64,000 nt of DNA, taken from Desulfonatronovibrio sp. (lineage in GTDB: Bacteria; Desulfobacterota; Desulfovibrionia; Desulfovibrionales; Desulfonatronovibrionaceae). The DNA lies in assembly GCA_046541915.1 (NCBI GenBank), contig JBKHCI010000001.1, positions 11,083 to 75,082 of the forward strand. The letters are read 5' to 3'. The notes under the pieces are model-generated. The model saw nothing but the letters and a program-made list of their open reading frames with translations. It was not told the origin of the DNA and did not search any database. Positions 30,089 to 39,840 of this stretch are shown in pieces; the stretch's first letter is position 1; each line of letters starts with the position of its first letter. The position numbers and the translations under genes are program-made.

Positions 30089-33000
30089 ATGGAAATGTTT
30101 CTGGCTGATCTGCATATCCATTCGAGATTCTCCAGGGCCACCAGCAAGAGCCTTGATCCCTTTGCCCTGGCCGCCTGGGCCCAGATAAAAGGCATAAGCG
30201 TGGTAGGTACAGGAGACTTTACCCACCCGGGCTGGCTGGAAATGCTGGAACAAGCCCTTTATCAGGGGCAGGACGGTCTTTTATACCTTAGAAACGACCA
30301 GGATCTGAGTTCCAGGATCCCTGGCTATGAAAAAGAAATTAAACCCAGAACAAGGTTTGTCCTTTCAGCTGAAATAAGCTCCATCTATAAGCAGGGCGGC
30401 AAAGTAAGAAAGATTCATAATCTTGTTTTCATGCCCGGATTTGAACAGGTCAAAAAATTCAACCAGAAGCTCGCCCGGGTGGGTAATCTTATTTCTGACG
30501 GCCGGCCTATTCTGGGACTTGATTCCAGGAGTCTTCTGGAGATGGCCCTGGAGACCGATCCCCTGGCCTATGTGATTCCCGCTCATATCTGGACTCCGTG
30601 GTTTTCTTTATTTGGCTCTAAATCAGGTTTTGACAGCCTTGAGGAATGTTTCAAAGATTTATCTCCTCATATTTTTGCCCTGGAAACCGGGCTTTCGTCT
30701 GACCCTGAAATGAACTGGATGTGGAGCAAGCTGGACCGGTATTCCCTGGTGTCCAATTCTGACGCGCACAGCGCTGAGAACCTGGGCAGGGAAGTGAATA
30801 TCTTTCAGGGAGAAATGAGTTACGAAGGCATTTACCGTGCCCTTCGCAGGGAAGGTCTGGGGCACCGGTTTCTGGGGACCCTTGAATTTTACCCTGAGGA
30901 AGGAAAATATCACCTGGATGGACACAGGAAATGCGGGGTGATGATGGATCCCAGGCAGACCATGGCCAACAAGGGCCGATGTCCTGTCTGCGGTAAACAG
31001 ATAACCGTGGGTGTCCTCAACCGGGTGTTTACCCTTGCTGACCGGGACTCCCCTGCCCGCCCATCTTTTCAGCCTGGTTTTTTTTCCGTTATCCCCCTGA
31101 AAGAGATAATTTCTGAATTTCTGGGTGTAGGCCCTAAAACCAAAAAGGTGCAGTCATTTTATAACCATGTTGTCTCCTGTTTTGGTTCTGAAATGAATAT
31201 TCTGCAGAATGTCCCTGTTGAGGATCTTTCAAAACATTCACCGGTTCTGGCTTCAGGAATCAAGCGTATGCGCGCGGGAGAGGTCATCCGCGATCCCGGG
31301 TTTGACGGGCAGTATGGAAAGATTACTGTTTTTTCGCCAAAAGAGCGCCGTGAAATTAAAAATGGAGCAGGGATCATCAATATTGCTCCACCCGGCAACA
31401 AAGATGAATACGTCCGGATCAGCAGGGACAAGGTTGATTCAGACGATGCCAAGACCCTGGAAGCAGAGCACATAACCCTGAACCCGGAACAGGAAAAAGC
31501 AGTCCGGCATGATTCTGGTCCGGTCCTGGTCATGGCTGGTCCGGGCACGGGAAAGACACAGACCCTCATGGGCAGAGTGAGGGTTCTTCTGGAAAGCGGG
31601 ATAAACCCCAGACATATTCTTGTCCTGGCCTTTACCCGCAAGGCAGCCACGGAAATCAAGGAAAGGCTGGCCGGGATTCTGGGGCCGGAACAGGCTGTTC
31701 CCCGGGCCGAGACCATCCATGCCATGGCTTATGAATACTGGCAGAGTATTTACACGGAGCAGCCCCTTATTCTAAGTGAAGAAGAAGCCAGAAAAGTATT
31801 TTCCCTGGCCAATCCGCAACTTAAGGGCGCCGCCCTTAAACAGGCATGGTCAGAACTGGGGGCGGCCCGGGAAAACCGGGATAAAATACCGGAATCCGGA
31901 GAGAAATACGCCCGCCAGAAACAGGACTGGAACCTGGTTGATTACAACGATCTTCTCGAATTCTGGCTGGAAGAAATCCAAAGCGGAAAATACAGCCGGC
32001 CTTTTACTCATGTTCTGGTTGATGAGGTTCAGGACCTTTCCATGCTCCAGCTTGTTCTGATCCAGAACCTCCTTCCGGAATCCGGCCAGGGTTTTTTCGG
32101 GATAGGAGATTCCAGGCAGTCCATTTACGGGTTCAGAGGAGCACTTAAGGATATAAGGGAGGCGGTATCCTCGCACTGGCCTGATCTGACCATAATCCAT
32201 TTGTCCAGGAATTATCGTTCCTCCCAGAGCATCCTTGATTTTTCCCGGGGCCTTTTTCCTGATGATCCTGAGCTTCTGGCTCAGCAGGATATTCCCGGAG
32301 AGATATATTTTTTCCAGGCTGCTAATTCCTCTCAGGAGTGCCATTGGCTGGGAGAAAAGATCAGGGCCATGCTGGGCGGAACATCTCACTGGCAAAGCGA
32401 TGTGTCTCAGGAAAAATTTTCCCTGGCCCCTGCGGATATTGCCATCCTGGTCAGGTTTAAAGGGCTTATACCCGCTCTGGAAAAAGAACTTCAGCGCAAA
32501 GGTATCCCTGTAAGCGTTCCGGAAAATCAGGCATACTATAAAGACCCGCGGGTGGAGCTTATATTGCGGGCAGTTGCTCAGGTCATGGGAGTAGCCGGAG
32601 AAAACAAGGTCTTTGACTGCCCTGAGAATATCCTGGCAGGAGGTCCTAAAAGCCTGGCCGCGTACCTGGAAGATGTGCCTCCTTTTGACCGTATTTTCTG
32701 GCAGGGCAAGGCTTTTAAGATGCTGGAGCGGGAATACTCCAGACTGGGAGGATGGGTCGCCTTGATGAGCCACATTAACCTGGAGAGCGATCTGGCCCAG
32801 GTGGAAGCCAGGGCCCAGAAAGTCAGGATTATGACCATGCACGCGGCCAAAGGCCTGGAGTTTGAGGCTGTATTCATCCCATGCATGGAAGACGGCATTA
32901 TTCCTTTCTCCGGCACGGATGTGCTTTTGGGCAAGATTGATCCCGACAAAAAGAAAGGAGACCCTGAAGAAGAAAGAAGGCTCTTGTATGTGGCTTTGAC

Positions 33001-33172
33001 CAGGGCCAAGAAAAGACTTTACATCAGTCTGGCAGCGTCCAGGCATTTATTCGGACGGCAGCTGAACCTTAAAAAATCCAGACTGCTGGGGGAGCTTTGT
33101 TTTGATGGAGTTCGGGTGAGCAGAGGGAAAATTCAGAAGACCAGAAAGGAAAAACAGCTGCGGATGGGCTGA
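30089..33172 (+). CDS. Endonuclease Q (PHP)-UvrD/PcrA helicase fusion
   Basis: N-terminal ADLHIHS, GTGDF, AHIWTPWFS, ETGLSSD, SNSDAHS, GKYH, CPVCG; C-terminal AGPGTGKT, DEVQD, QSIYGFRGA, NYRS, TMHAAKGLEF, EERRLLYVALTRAK. Start uncertain (30071/30089/30095). Confidence 0.9.
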   Translation: MEMFLADLHIHSRFSRATSKSLDPFALAAWAQIKGISVVGTGDFTHPGWLEMLEQALYQGQDGLLYLRNDQDLSSRIPGYEKEIKPRTRFVLSAEISSIYKQGGKVRKIHNLVFMPGFEQVKKFNQKLARVGNLISDGRPILGLDSRSLLEMALETDPLAYVIPAHIWTPWFSLFGSKSGFDSLEECFKDLSPHIFALETGLSSDPEMNWMWSKLDRYSLVSNSDAHSAENLGREVNIFQGEMSYEGIYRALRREGLGHRFLGTLEFYPEEGKYHLDGHRKCGVMMDPRQTMANKGRCPVCGKQITVGVLNRVFTLADRDSPARPSFQPGFFSVIPLKEIISEFLGVGPKTKKVQSFYNHVVSCFGSEMNILQNVPVEDLSKHSPVLASGIKRMRAGEVIRDPGFDGQYGKITVFSPKERREIKNGAGIINIAPPGNKDEYVRISRDKVDSDDAKTLEAEHITLNPEQEKAVRHDSGPVLVMAGPGTGKTQTLMGRVRVLLESGINPRHILVLAFTRKAATEIKERLAGILGPEQAVPRAETIHAMAYEYWQSIYTEQPLILSEEEARKVFSLANPQLKGAALKQAWSELGAARENRDKIPESGEKYARQKQDWNLVDYNDLLEFWLEEIQSGKYSRPFTHVLVDEVQDLSMLQLVLIQNLLPESGQGFFGIGDSRQSIYGFRGALKDIREAVSSHWPDLTIIHLSRNYRSSQSILDFSRGLFPDDPELLAQQDIPGEIYFFQAANSSQECHWLGEKIRAMLGGTSHWQSDVSQEKFSLAPADIAILVRFKGLIPALEKELQRKGIPVSVPENQAYYKDPRVELILRAVAQVMGVAGENKVFDCPENILAGGPKSLAAYLEDVPPFDRIFWQGKAFKMLEREYSRLGGWVALMSHINLESDLAQVEARAQKVRIMTMHAAKGLEFEAVFIPCMEDGIIPFSGTDVLLGKIDPDKKKGDPEEERRLLYVALTRAKKRLYISLAASRHLFGRQLNLKKSRLLGELCFDGVRVSRGKIQKTRKEKQLRMG

Positions 33173-33231
33173 GGCGTTGCATATGGTGTCTTCCTGGCCC
33201 TGGCAGGGACTGTTCAGACAACCTGGGAGAA

Positions 33232-33378
33232 CTACTTCAAAAGCATGTTATAGAGAAACTTTTCGTAAACACGACACATTTTATGGGCCACCATGGGTCT
33301 GAGACCTGCTCCGCATAGACGGCAGTATACGTGCAGTGGATTGAAGTGATGTTGGAAAAAACCTTTAAACTTTTTCAT
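33232..33378 (-). CDS. Small hypothetical protein (48 aa)
   Basis: MKKFKGFFQHHFNPLHVYCRLCGAGLRPMVAHKMCRVYEKFLYNMLLK; sigma54 motif immediately upstream. Confidence 0.65.
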   Translation of the reverse strand: MKKFKGFFQHHFNPLHVYCRLCGAGLRPMVAHKMCRVYEKFLYNMLLK

Positions 33379-33389
33379 AATAAAAAATT

Positions 33390-33405
33390 TGCAATATGTG
33401 TGCCT
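33390..33405 (-). promoter_or_regulatory. sigma54 (-24/-12) promoter
   Basis: Minus strand reads AGGCACACATATTGCA versus consensus TGGCAC-N5-TTGCW. Confidence 0.7.
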
Positions 33406-33528
33406 TGTTTTTGTTAAGATTTCATATACTTCCTGCCACCAAAAATCAACCTTTAATATTTTGCAGCCATTCACTGTATTTTTTAATCCTGGGCCTTATC
33501 CAGCATAGGTCCAAAAAATTGGATGTTG

Positions 33529-33603
33529 GTTTGCGGCCCTTTTGTCAAACCCCGAAACCCGCATAAGCAATAAATTCAAAATTACCAATTTCACGGATTC
33601 AGG
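33529..33603. mobile_element. Truncated right end of the MITE at 16092-16349
   Basis: GTTTGCGGCCCTTTTGTCAAACCCCGAAACCCGCATAAGCAATAAATTCAAAATTACCAATTTCACGGATTCAGG aligns with 16276-16349; no left end visible. Confidence 0.8.
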
Positions 33604-33705
33604 TCACATTATTAATCGACATTATCTGTAAAGTCCTTAGCCGGGGCTTTTTTTTGTCAAAAAAAACAATTTGAAACCGTTTCCGGATAAGGTTAGGTGT
33701 CAGAA

Positions 33706-34443
33706 ATGAGCAAAAAGCAATTTATTCTGGCTGGACCTTCCTGCGTTATTCCCGGAAGGATCCCTGAGAACGTGTCTTTTTTAAAAGACCTGGTGAGCGA
33801 GATAGGACTGACTTTTTTTGATAGTCGGGGATCTCTGGAGTATACCCGGGCGGACCTTCCAAAAAATCTGGCTGTGCAGGGACTGAAATATCACGTCCAT
33901 CTGCCATTGGATCTGGACTGGACTAAAGGCGCAGACCATGTTTTTCAGGTGGCCCGCGCCCTGGCGCAAAAAGTCTGGTTTCTCGGTCCGGATAAGTTTG
34001 TTTTGCATCCTCCGGACAGTTCCAGGGATCTGGAAGAACTTGCCTTGCTTTGGATCAAGAACGGGTTCAAGGCGCGGCAACTGCTTGTGGAAAACATTAA
34101 GGGCAATGATCTTTCGGGTTTGTGGCCGGTCATTGAGGCAACCGGTCTAGGGGTATGTCTGGATATCGGCCACCTGATGGCATACCATCAGGTGGACATT
34201 CTAAAAAAGGATATTATACTGGACAGGACCTCTCTTGTTCATGTTTACGGAAAGGAGGATCATACCGGCCATAAAGGCCTGTCGGTTATCAGCCGCGAAG
34301 GTGAAACGCTGCTGCGTCAGATTTTATCGGGAATCAAGGAGGGATCCAGTGTGCTCGTGGAGGTCTTTGAACAGGAAGATTTTCTTGACTCCAGAGATAT
34401 TTTGATACACATGGCTGATTCCTGGGGGATGGAATTTGTTTAG
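33706..34443 (+). CDS. cbiR: Cobamide-remodeling phosphodiesterase CbiR-like (AP-endonuclease-2 TIM barrel)
   Basis: PSCVIP, YHVHLPLDL, FVLHPP, LVENI, VCLDIGHL, VEVF; overlaps cobU. Confidence 0.72.
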   Translation: MSKKQFILAGPSCVIPGRIPENVSFLKDLVSEIGLTFFDSRGSLEYTRADLPKNLAVQGLKYHVHLPLDLDWTKGADHVFQVARALAQKVWFLGPDKFVLHPPDSSRDLEELALLWIKNGFKARQLLVENIKGNDLSGLWPVIEATGLGVCLDIGHLMAYHQVDILKKDIILDRTSLVHVYGKEDHTGHKGLSVISREGETLLRQILSGIKEGSSVLVEVFEQEDFLDSRDILIHMADSWGMEFV

Positions 34444-34939
34444 CTTTATCCTTGGAGGCAGTAAATCGGGCAAGTCCGACATGGGACTTAACCTTCTTGA
34501 AAAGACTGCAGGCTCGTCTTGCCTGGTGGTAACCGGCAAAGCCATGGATCTTGAATTCAACGAGCAGATCCGTCAGCATAAGCTTTCAAGAAACCTGAAT
34601 ATTCCGGTAGTGGAAGCAGGACAAGACCTGGGAAGTTGTCTTGTCTCTCTGCGAGATTCGGCTGACGCGGTCCTTGTTGACAGTATTGATTTTTGGGTCT
34701 TCAATATATTTGAGAGAAAACAGTCCCATGCGTATATAGATGAATTTTTCCGCGTCCTGGATTTGTGGCGCGGCAAAAGACTGATATTTATTTCCGCGGA
34801 GATTGGTCTGGGCCCGGTTCCTGCTGCTGATTATGTCCGCAGGTTTTCCAGATTGCTGGGTGAAGTTAACCAGCGTCTGGCGCTTTTATGTAATGATGTA
34901 ACCCTGGTTGTGGCAGGTCTGCCCATTAGGATTAAATGA
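34436..34939 (+). CDS. cobU: Adenosylcobinamide kinase / cobinamide-phosphate guanylyltransferase
   Basis: GGSKSGKS, IRQH, VLVDS, EIGLGPVP, LGEVNQRLA, VVAGLP. Confidence 0.88.
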   Translation: MFSFILGGSKSGKSDMGLNLLEKTAGSSCLVVTGKAMDLEFNEQIRQHKLSRNLNIPVVEAGQDLGSCLVSLRDSADAVLVDSIDFWVFNIFERKQSHAYIDEFFRVLDLWRGKRLIFISAEIGLGPVPAADYVRRFSRLLGEVNQRLALLCNDVTLVVAGLPIRIK

Positions 34940-34945
34940 GGATTT

Positions 34946-36013
34946 ATGGGTTATTTTCGAAATCTGGAAGCAAAGATTAATGAGATGGTCAGCCTTTTTA
35001 ATAAGAAAGAGCGACTGCTTATCCTGATTAATGCAGATCCGGATGCCCTGGCTTCAGCCATGGCATTGAAACGTATTTTGTTCCGCAAGGTTCAGACCGT
35101 GGCTATTGCCCATGTTAATGATATTTCCAGGCCGGATAACCTGGCCATGATCAAGCTCCTCCGGATACCCGTTCAAAAGCTTTCTCCTCTTCTGGCTGCC
35201 CAGTACGACAAATTTGCCCTGGTGGATTCTCAGCCTCATCATCATCCGGATTTTGAAAAGGTTGAATTCTCAATTATTCTGGACCATCATCCTTTGAGTG
35301 ATGATAATCCAGCACAGGCCGCCTACAAGGAGATCAACCCGGATTACGGCGCCACCAGCTCGCTTTTGACCGAATATCTTTACAATCTCAATATCAGGCC
35401 GGGCAAGCTTCTGGCTACTGCCCTAATTTACGGGATAAAGACCGATACCCAGAGTTTTGAGCGTAAGTTCAGTGACGTGGATATCAAGGCCTTCAGATAT
35501 CTGACAAAATTTTATAACCCCCTGGTTCTGCAAAAGATTGTCCGTTCTGAGTTTCGTAAAGAATGGCTCAAGTATTTTTCCCTGGCTTTCAGGAAAATCA
35601 AACTTCTGGGTCACGGGGCCAGTGTGTTCATGGGCAAAGTGGAGTCCCCGGACATCCTGGTGATACTGGCTGATTTTTTCCTGCGTATTCATAATATTTC
35701 CTGGGATATGGTCAGCGGGATTCATGATGATTCTCTGGTGGTTATATTCAGGGGTGACGGACTGCGCAAGGATATGGGCAAAATGGCCGCCAATATGTTC
35801 AAGGACCTTGGTCCGGCCGGCGGGCACAAGCAAATGGCCAGGGCGGAAATACCCCTGAACAAAATTGACAATACCCACCCCCAGCAGTTCATTCTTAAAA
35901 GACTTTCTGATATTAATCTCAAAAAAAGAAATAAAATTAAACAGGCAGTCGGCAACCGGGCTGTGGCTTTAAAGGAAGGGAATGACATTAAGACAAAAGC
36001 TCTCCCTGAATGA
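34946..36013 (+). CDS. DHH/DHHA1 family phosphoesterase
   Basis: NADPDALAS, LVDSQP, LDHHP, GIKTDT, AGGH. Confidence 0.88.
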   Translation: MGYFRNLEAKINEMVSLFNKKERLLILINADPDALASAMALKRILFRKVQTVAIAHVNDISRPDNLAMIKLLRIPVQKLSPLLAAQYDKFALVDSQPHHHPDFEKVEFSIILDHHPLSDDNPAQAAYKEINPDYGATSSLLTEYLYNLNIRPGKLLATALIYGIKTDTQSFERKFSDVDIKAFRYLTKFYNPLVLQKIVRSEFRKEWLKYFSLAFRKIKLLGHGASVFMGKVESPDILVILADFFLRIHNISWDMVSGIHDDSLVVIFRGDGLRKDMGKMAANMFKDLGPAGGHKQMARAEIPLNKIDNTHPQQFILKRLSDINLKKRNKIKQAVGNRAVALKEGNDIKTKALPE

Positions 36014-38528
36014 TGATCCCGTGTTTCTCATCGATGGCAGTTCCTTTTTATACAGGGGCTTTTATGCTTTTCCGGATCTGAAGAGATCTGACGGATTTCC
36101 CACCAATGCCATCTTTATTGTGCTGCGGATCCTTTTCAAACTGATTCGAGAAGAAAAGCCAAAGTACGCGGCTTTTTTCATGGACGGCAAAGGGCCCAAC
36201 TTCAGAAATGAGATTTTCGAGGATTACAAGGCGCAGCGGCTTAAAATGCCCGAAGATCTGGCCGCCCAGATCGATCCTCTACTGGAGGGGGTCAGGCATA
36301 TGGGGTTTAAAACTTTTGTTTCCAATTCAGTAGAAGCGGACGACCTTATTGCCAGTCAGGCCAGTGCCCTTAAAAAAGACGTTCCCGTGGTTATTGTTGC
36401 CTCGGACAAGGACCTCAGACAACTGCTTGATGACCGGGTGGTCATGTGGGATCCAGGAGGAAAGGGCGAGACAGTGATGACTGTTGATGACTTCAGGAAA
36501 AGCACAGGTTTTGAGCCCTGGCAATGGCCTGATTACCAGGCCCTGGTGGGCGACAGTTCTGATAATATTCCCGGAGTCCCCGGAGTCGGCCCCAAGACCG
36601 CTGCTTCCATCATGGAAAAGTTTCCTACCCTGGAAGCCATAAGGGATCATTTTGATGAACTGGCTCCCAAAATTCAGAAGAAAATCCAGAATCATCTGGA
36701 AGATATTTTTATCTACCGCCGGCTGACCAGACTCAAACAGGACTGTGGACGGCAGGGTATAACTGCCCGGGATCTCGCCCTGGAACCTGTGAATTACGAA
36801 GCATTTGCCGATTTCCTCAAAAGATATGAATTCAGATCCCTGTTGCGTGAACTTCCCCAGGCAACCCGGAAAAAAGAAATTCAGCATTCCCTTCTTTCAG
36901 CGGCAGGACCGTTACCCAGAAAAACCGGAATTCCGGATTTTAAAGACAATGAAGAAGCAGGGCTGTATCCGGTTGAAAACGGTTTTCTCCTGGGGATGGG
37001 ACGAAGTGAATGGAAGGTTGCGCTCAAGCCTGAAGAGCTGCAGAAGAAAATCGCGGGTTCAAGGCTGTATGTAATTTCCTTGAAAGACTTGGCTGCCTGG
37101 CAAAAAACATGGTTAAATCCTCCTCATCCGCGTTTTTTTGATATTTCCCTGGCAGCCTATCTTCTTAATACCGAGGCCAGGCAATATGATTACGAGCATA
37201 TCTTCAGAGCATATTCTTCAGAGACGGGAGTGAGCAAGGACAACCCGGGCCTGGCCTGTCTGCAGATGGGAAAGCTGCTGCAGAAAAAAATTGAATCAGC
37301 AGGCCTTAAGTCTTTGATGCGGGATATTGAAATGCCCCTTATTCCGGTACTTTTGAAAATGGAAGCAGCCGGGATCGGCATAGATCTCAACGCGTTTTCC
37401 GACTTTCTGGAAAAAGTGGAACAGCGCCTTAAGGAGTTGACCACTGAAATATTCTCTCTGGCAGGTAAAGAGTTTAATATCAGATCCACTCAGCAGACCG
37501 CTGTTATTCTGTTTGAAGACCTGGGGCTTAAATCAAAGCGAAAAACCCCGGGTGGGGCCTTTTCCACCTCCAATGTTGTTCTGGAAGCCATGAAAGGGGC
37601 TCATCCAATAATCAGGCTCATTCTGGAATTCAGGACCCTGGAAAAGCTCAGGTCCACCTATCTTGCGCCTTTGCCGGACAAAATCGCTCCTGACGGACGT
37701 CTGCATACTACTTTTAATCAGCTGGCCACGGCCACCGGGAGGCTTTCCAGCAGCAGCCCCAATCTTCAGAATATACCCATCCGGGGAGAATTCGGCCCCA
37801 GGATGAGGGCCTGTTTTACCTCCGCTCCCGGCAAGCTGCTGGTGGCGGCAGATTATTCCCAGATAGAACTGCGCATTCTGGCTCATATGTCTCAGGATCC
37901 CAACCTGCTGGATTCTTTTTCCAGGTCCGAAGATATTCATACCCGTACCGCGGGGCTGTTGTTTGAAAAGGATATTTCTGAAATCAGCACGGATGAACGC
38001 AGGAAGGCCAAAACCATCAACTTCGGCCTGCTGTATGGCATGGGCCCCCAGAAGTTGAGCCGGGAGCTGAGCATATCCCAGGATGAAGCCAAGAAATTTA
38101 TAAAGATATATTTCAGTAAGCTGGACAGGGTTAGAAAATTTTATGAGGACATAGAAAAATATGCGTCTGAAAAGGGCTGTGTTACCACCATTGCCGGACG
38201 CAGGAGGCTGTTGCCCGGCATTAATTCCAGAAACGCAAACCTGGTGCAGCAGGCCCGCAGAATGGCCATTAATACAGTGATTCAGGGTTCGGCAGCGGAT
38301 GTGATTAAAAAGGCCATGCTGGCGGTGGACCGGGATGAAGAACTCCGCAAGCTGGGAGCAGATCTCATTCTGCAGGTTCATGATGAACTTTTGATAGAGG
38401 TGGACAAGACAAAAGCTGAAGAGGCTGGAGAGCGTCTTGCCCGTGTTATGAGTGAGGTGGAAAAATTTGACGTCCCCCTGCTTGTTGACTGGGGAATTGG
38501 GGAGAACTGGGCCCAGGCCCATGAATAG
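35982..38528 (+). CDS. polA: DNA polymerase I
   Basis: IDGSS, EADD, GDSSDNIPGVPGVGPKTA, TGRLSSSSPNLQNIP, ADYSQIELR, AKTINFGLLYG, QVHDE. Confidence 0.98.
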   Translation: MTLRQKLSLNDDPVFLIDGSSFLYRGFYAFPDLKRSDGFPTNAIFIVLRILFKLIREEKPKYAAFFMDGKGPNFRNEIFEDYKAQRLKMPEDLAAQIDPLLEGVRHMGFKTFVSNSVEADDLIASQASALKKDVPVVIVASDKDLRQLLDDRVVMWDPGGKGETVMTVDDFRKSTGFEPWQWPDYQALVGDSSDNIPGVPGVGPKTAASIMEKFPTLEAIRDHFDELAPKIQKKIQNHLEDIFIYRRLTRLKQDCGRQGITARDLALEPVNYEAFADFLKRYEFRSLLRELPQATRKKEIQHSLLSAAGPLPRKTGIPDFKDNEEAGLYPVENGFLLGMGRSEWKVALKPEELQKKIAGSRLYVISLKDLAAWQKTWLNPPHPRFFDISLAAYLLNTEARQYDYEHIFRAYSSETGVSKDNPGLACLQMGKLLQKKIESAGLKSLMRDIEMPLIPVLLKMEAAGIGIDLNAFSDFLEKVEQRLKELTTEIFSLAGKEFNIRSTQQTAVILFEDLGLKSKRKTPGGAFSTSNVVLEAMKGAHPIIRLILEFRTLEKLRSTYLAPLPDKIAPDGRLHTTFNQLATATGRLSSSSPNLQNIPIRGEFGPRMRACFTSAPGKLLVAADYSQIELRILAHMSQDPNLLDSFSRSEDIHTRTAGLLFEKDISEISTDERRKAKTINFGLLYGMGPQKLSRELSISQDEAKKFIKIYFSKLDRVRKFYEDIEKYASEKGCVTTIAGRRRLLPGINSRNANLVQQARRMAINTVIQGSAADVIKKAMLAVDRDEELRKLGADLILQVHDELLIEVDKTKAEEAGERLARVMSEVEKFDVPLLVDWGIGENWAQAHE

Positions 38529-38635
38529 TTGAACACCAGCGGGCAATGTCTGTACTTTTACGACTGTTAAACAGATTTTTTTCCGGGATATTTTTTTACC
38601 GTATATAAATATCAAGCACAAAGGAGATCAGCATA

Positions 38636-39781
38636 GTGGACAAGTTAAGACTTTTAACCCCGGGGCCGACCCCTCTGCCGGAAAATGTCCGTCTGGCCCT
38701 GTCCAGAGACATGATTCATCATCGCAAACAGGATTTCAAGGATCTGATGTTAAGGGTTCAGAGTGGCCTGCAGTACCTTTTCGGAACCGGGCAGCCGGTG
38801 ATGACTCTTACATCTTCAGGCACAGGAGCCATGACCGCCGCTGTTACCAATATTTTTGCCCCTGGTGAAAAGGTGCTGGTGATTGAGGCGGGCAAGTTCG
38901 GACAGAGATGGTCTGAAATTGCCCAGGCCCATGGCCTGGATGTGGTGGTTCTTCCTCTTAAATGGGGAGAGGCAGTAAAACTCAGGGATGTGGAAAATGC
39001 CCTGTCCAGATATGCGGATATCCAGGGGGTTCTGGTGCAGGCGTCCGAGACATCCACCGGAGTGCTTCATCCGGTCCAGGAGCTTGCCAAACTGTGCCGG
39101 CTTAAGGACAAACTTATTGTGGTGGATGGTATATCAGCTGTGGGCATTTCACCCTGTCCCATGGATGAATGGGGCATAGACTGTCTGCTTACCGGTTCCC
39201 AGAAAGGAATGATGCTGCCGCCGGGCCTGGCTTTTATCGCTCTGAGTCAAAACGCATGGGATAAGGCCAGAGAGGTCAAACCCGGAAATTTTTATTTTAA
39301 TCTGCATAAGGAAATGGAAAAATGTCTGGCCTCCCAGACCCTTTTTACTCCGGGAATTAATCTTATTGTCGCTCTGGAGGAGTGCCTGAAATTATTTCAG
39401 GAGCATGGACTGGATAATATCTTTAAGAGACAAAAGGCCATGACTGAAATGGTCAGGACCGGAGCCAGGTCGCTGGGGCTTGAACTTCTGGCAACCAGCA
39501 ATTATACTTGGGGCCTTACATCCATCATGCTTCCCCCTGGAATTGACGGTTCCAAGCTGCTGGAAACAGCTGTCCGGGAGTACAGTGTGCTTATGGCCGG
39601 TGGGCAGAATCATTTAAAGGGCAAAATCGTTCGCATGGGGCATATGGGGTATGTGGACTGGTCTGATCTTCTGGCCGGGCTTTACGCCCTGCGCCAGTCA
39701 ATGATTAATCAGGGCGGTTTTTCAGGCTCCAGAGACTATCTGGAGCAGGCCATGGCAGCTTATCAAGAGGGCATGGCCTAG
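38636..39781 (+). CDS. Class V PLP aminotransferase (alanine-glyoxylate/serine-pyruvate type)
   Basis: LLTPGPT, SSGTGAM, ETSTG, VDGISA, GSQKG, PPGL, RMGHMG. Confidence 0.92.
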   Translation: MDKLRLLTPGPTPLPENVRLALSRDMIHHRKQDFKDLMLRVQSGLQYLFGTGQPVMTLTSSGTGAMTAAVTNIFAPGEKVLVIEAGKFGQRWSEIAQAHGLDVVVLPLKWGEAVKLRDVENALSRYADIQGVLVQASETSTGVLHPVQELAKLCRLKDKLIVVDGISAVGISPCPMDEWGIDCLLTGSQKGMMLPPGLAFIALSQNAWDKAREVKPGNFYFNLHKEMEKCLASQTLFTPGINLIVALEECLKLFQEHGLDNIFKRQKAMTEMVRTGARSLGLELLATSNYTWGLTSIMLPPGIDGSKLLETAVREYSVLMAGGQNHLKGKIVRMGHMGYVDWSDLLAGLYALRQSMINQGGFSGSRDYLEQAMAAYQEGMA

Positions 39782-39840
39782 CAGCAGTTAATCATAACGA
39801 TGAAGAGTTGCAAAAACACAAATTCTGGAGGTAAAATAAG

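Noticed and set aside
33630-33656. Terminator-like hairpin before cbiR as part of a cobalamin riboswitch
   Set aside because: No B12-box or aptamer core is visible; the upstream sequence is the MITE fragment
6250-38621. Long antisense ORFs (6250-7209, 11216-12241, 26800-27693, 31850-33046, 37533-38621)
   Set aside because: Each lies opposite a well-supported gene and has no motifs; they are explained by codon bias
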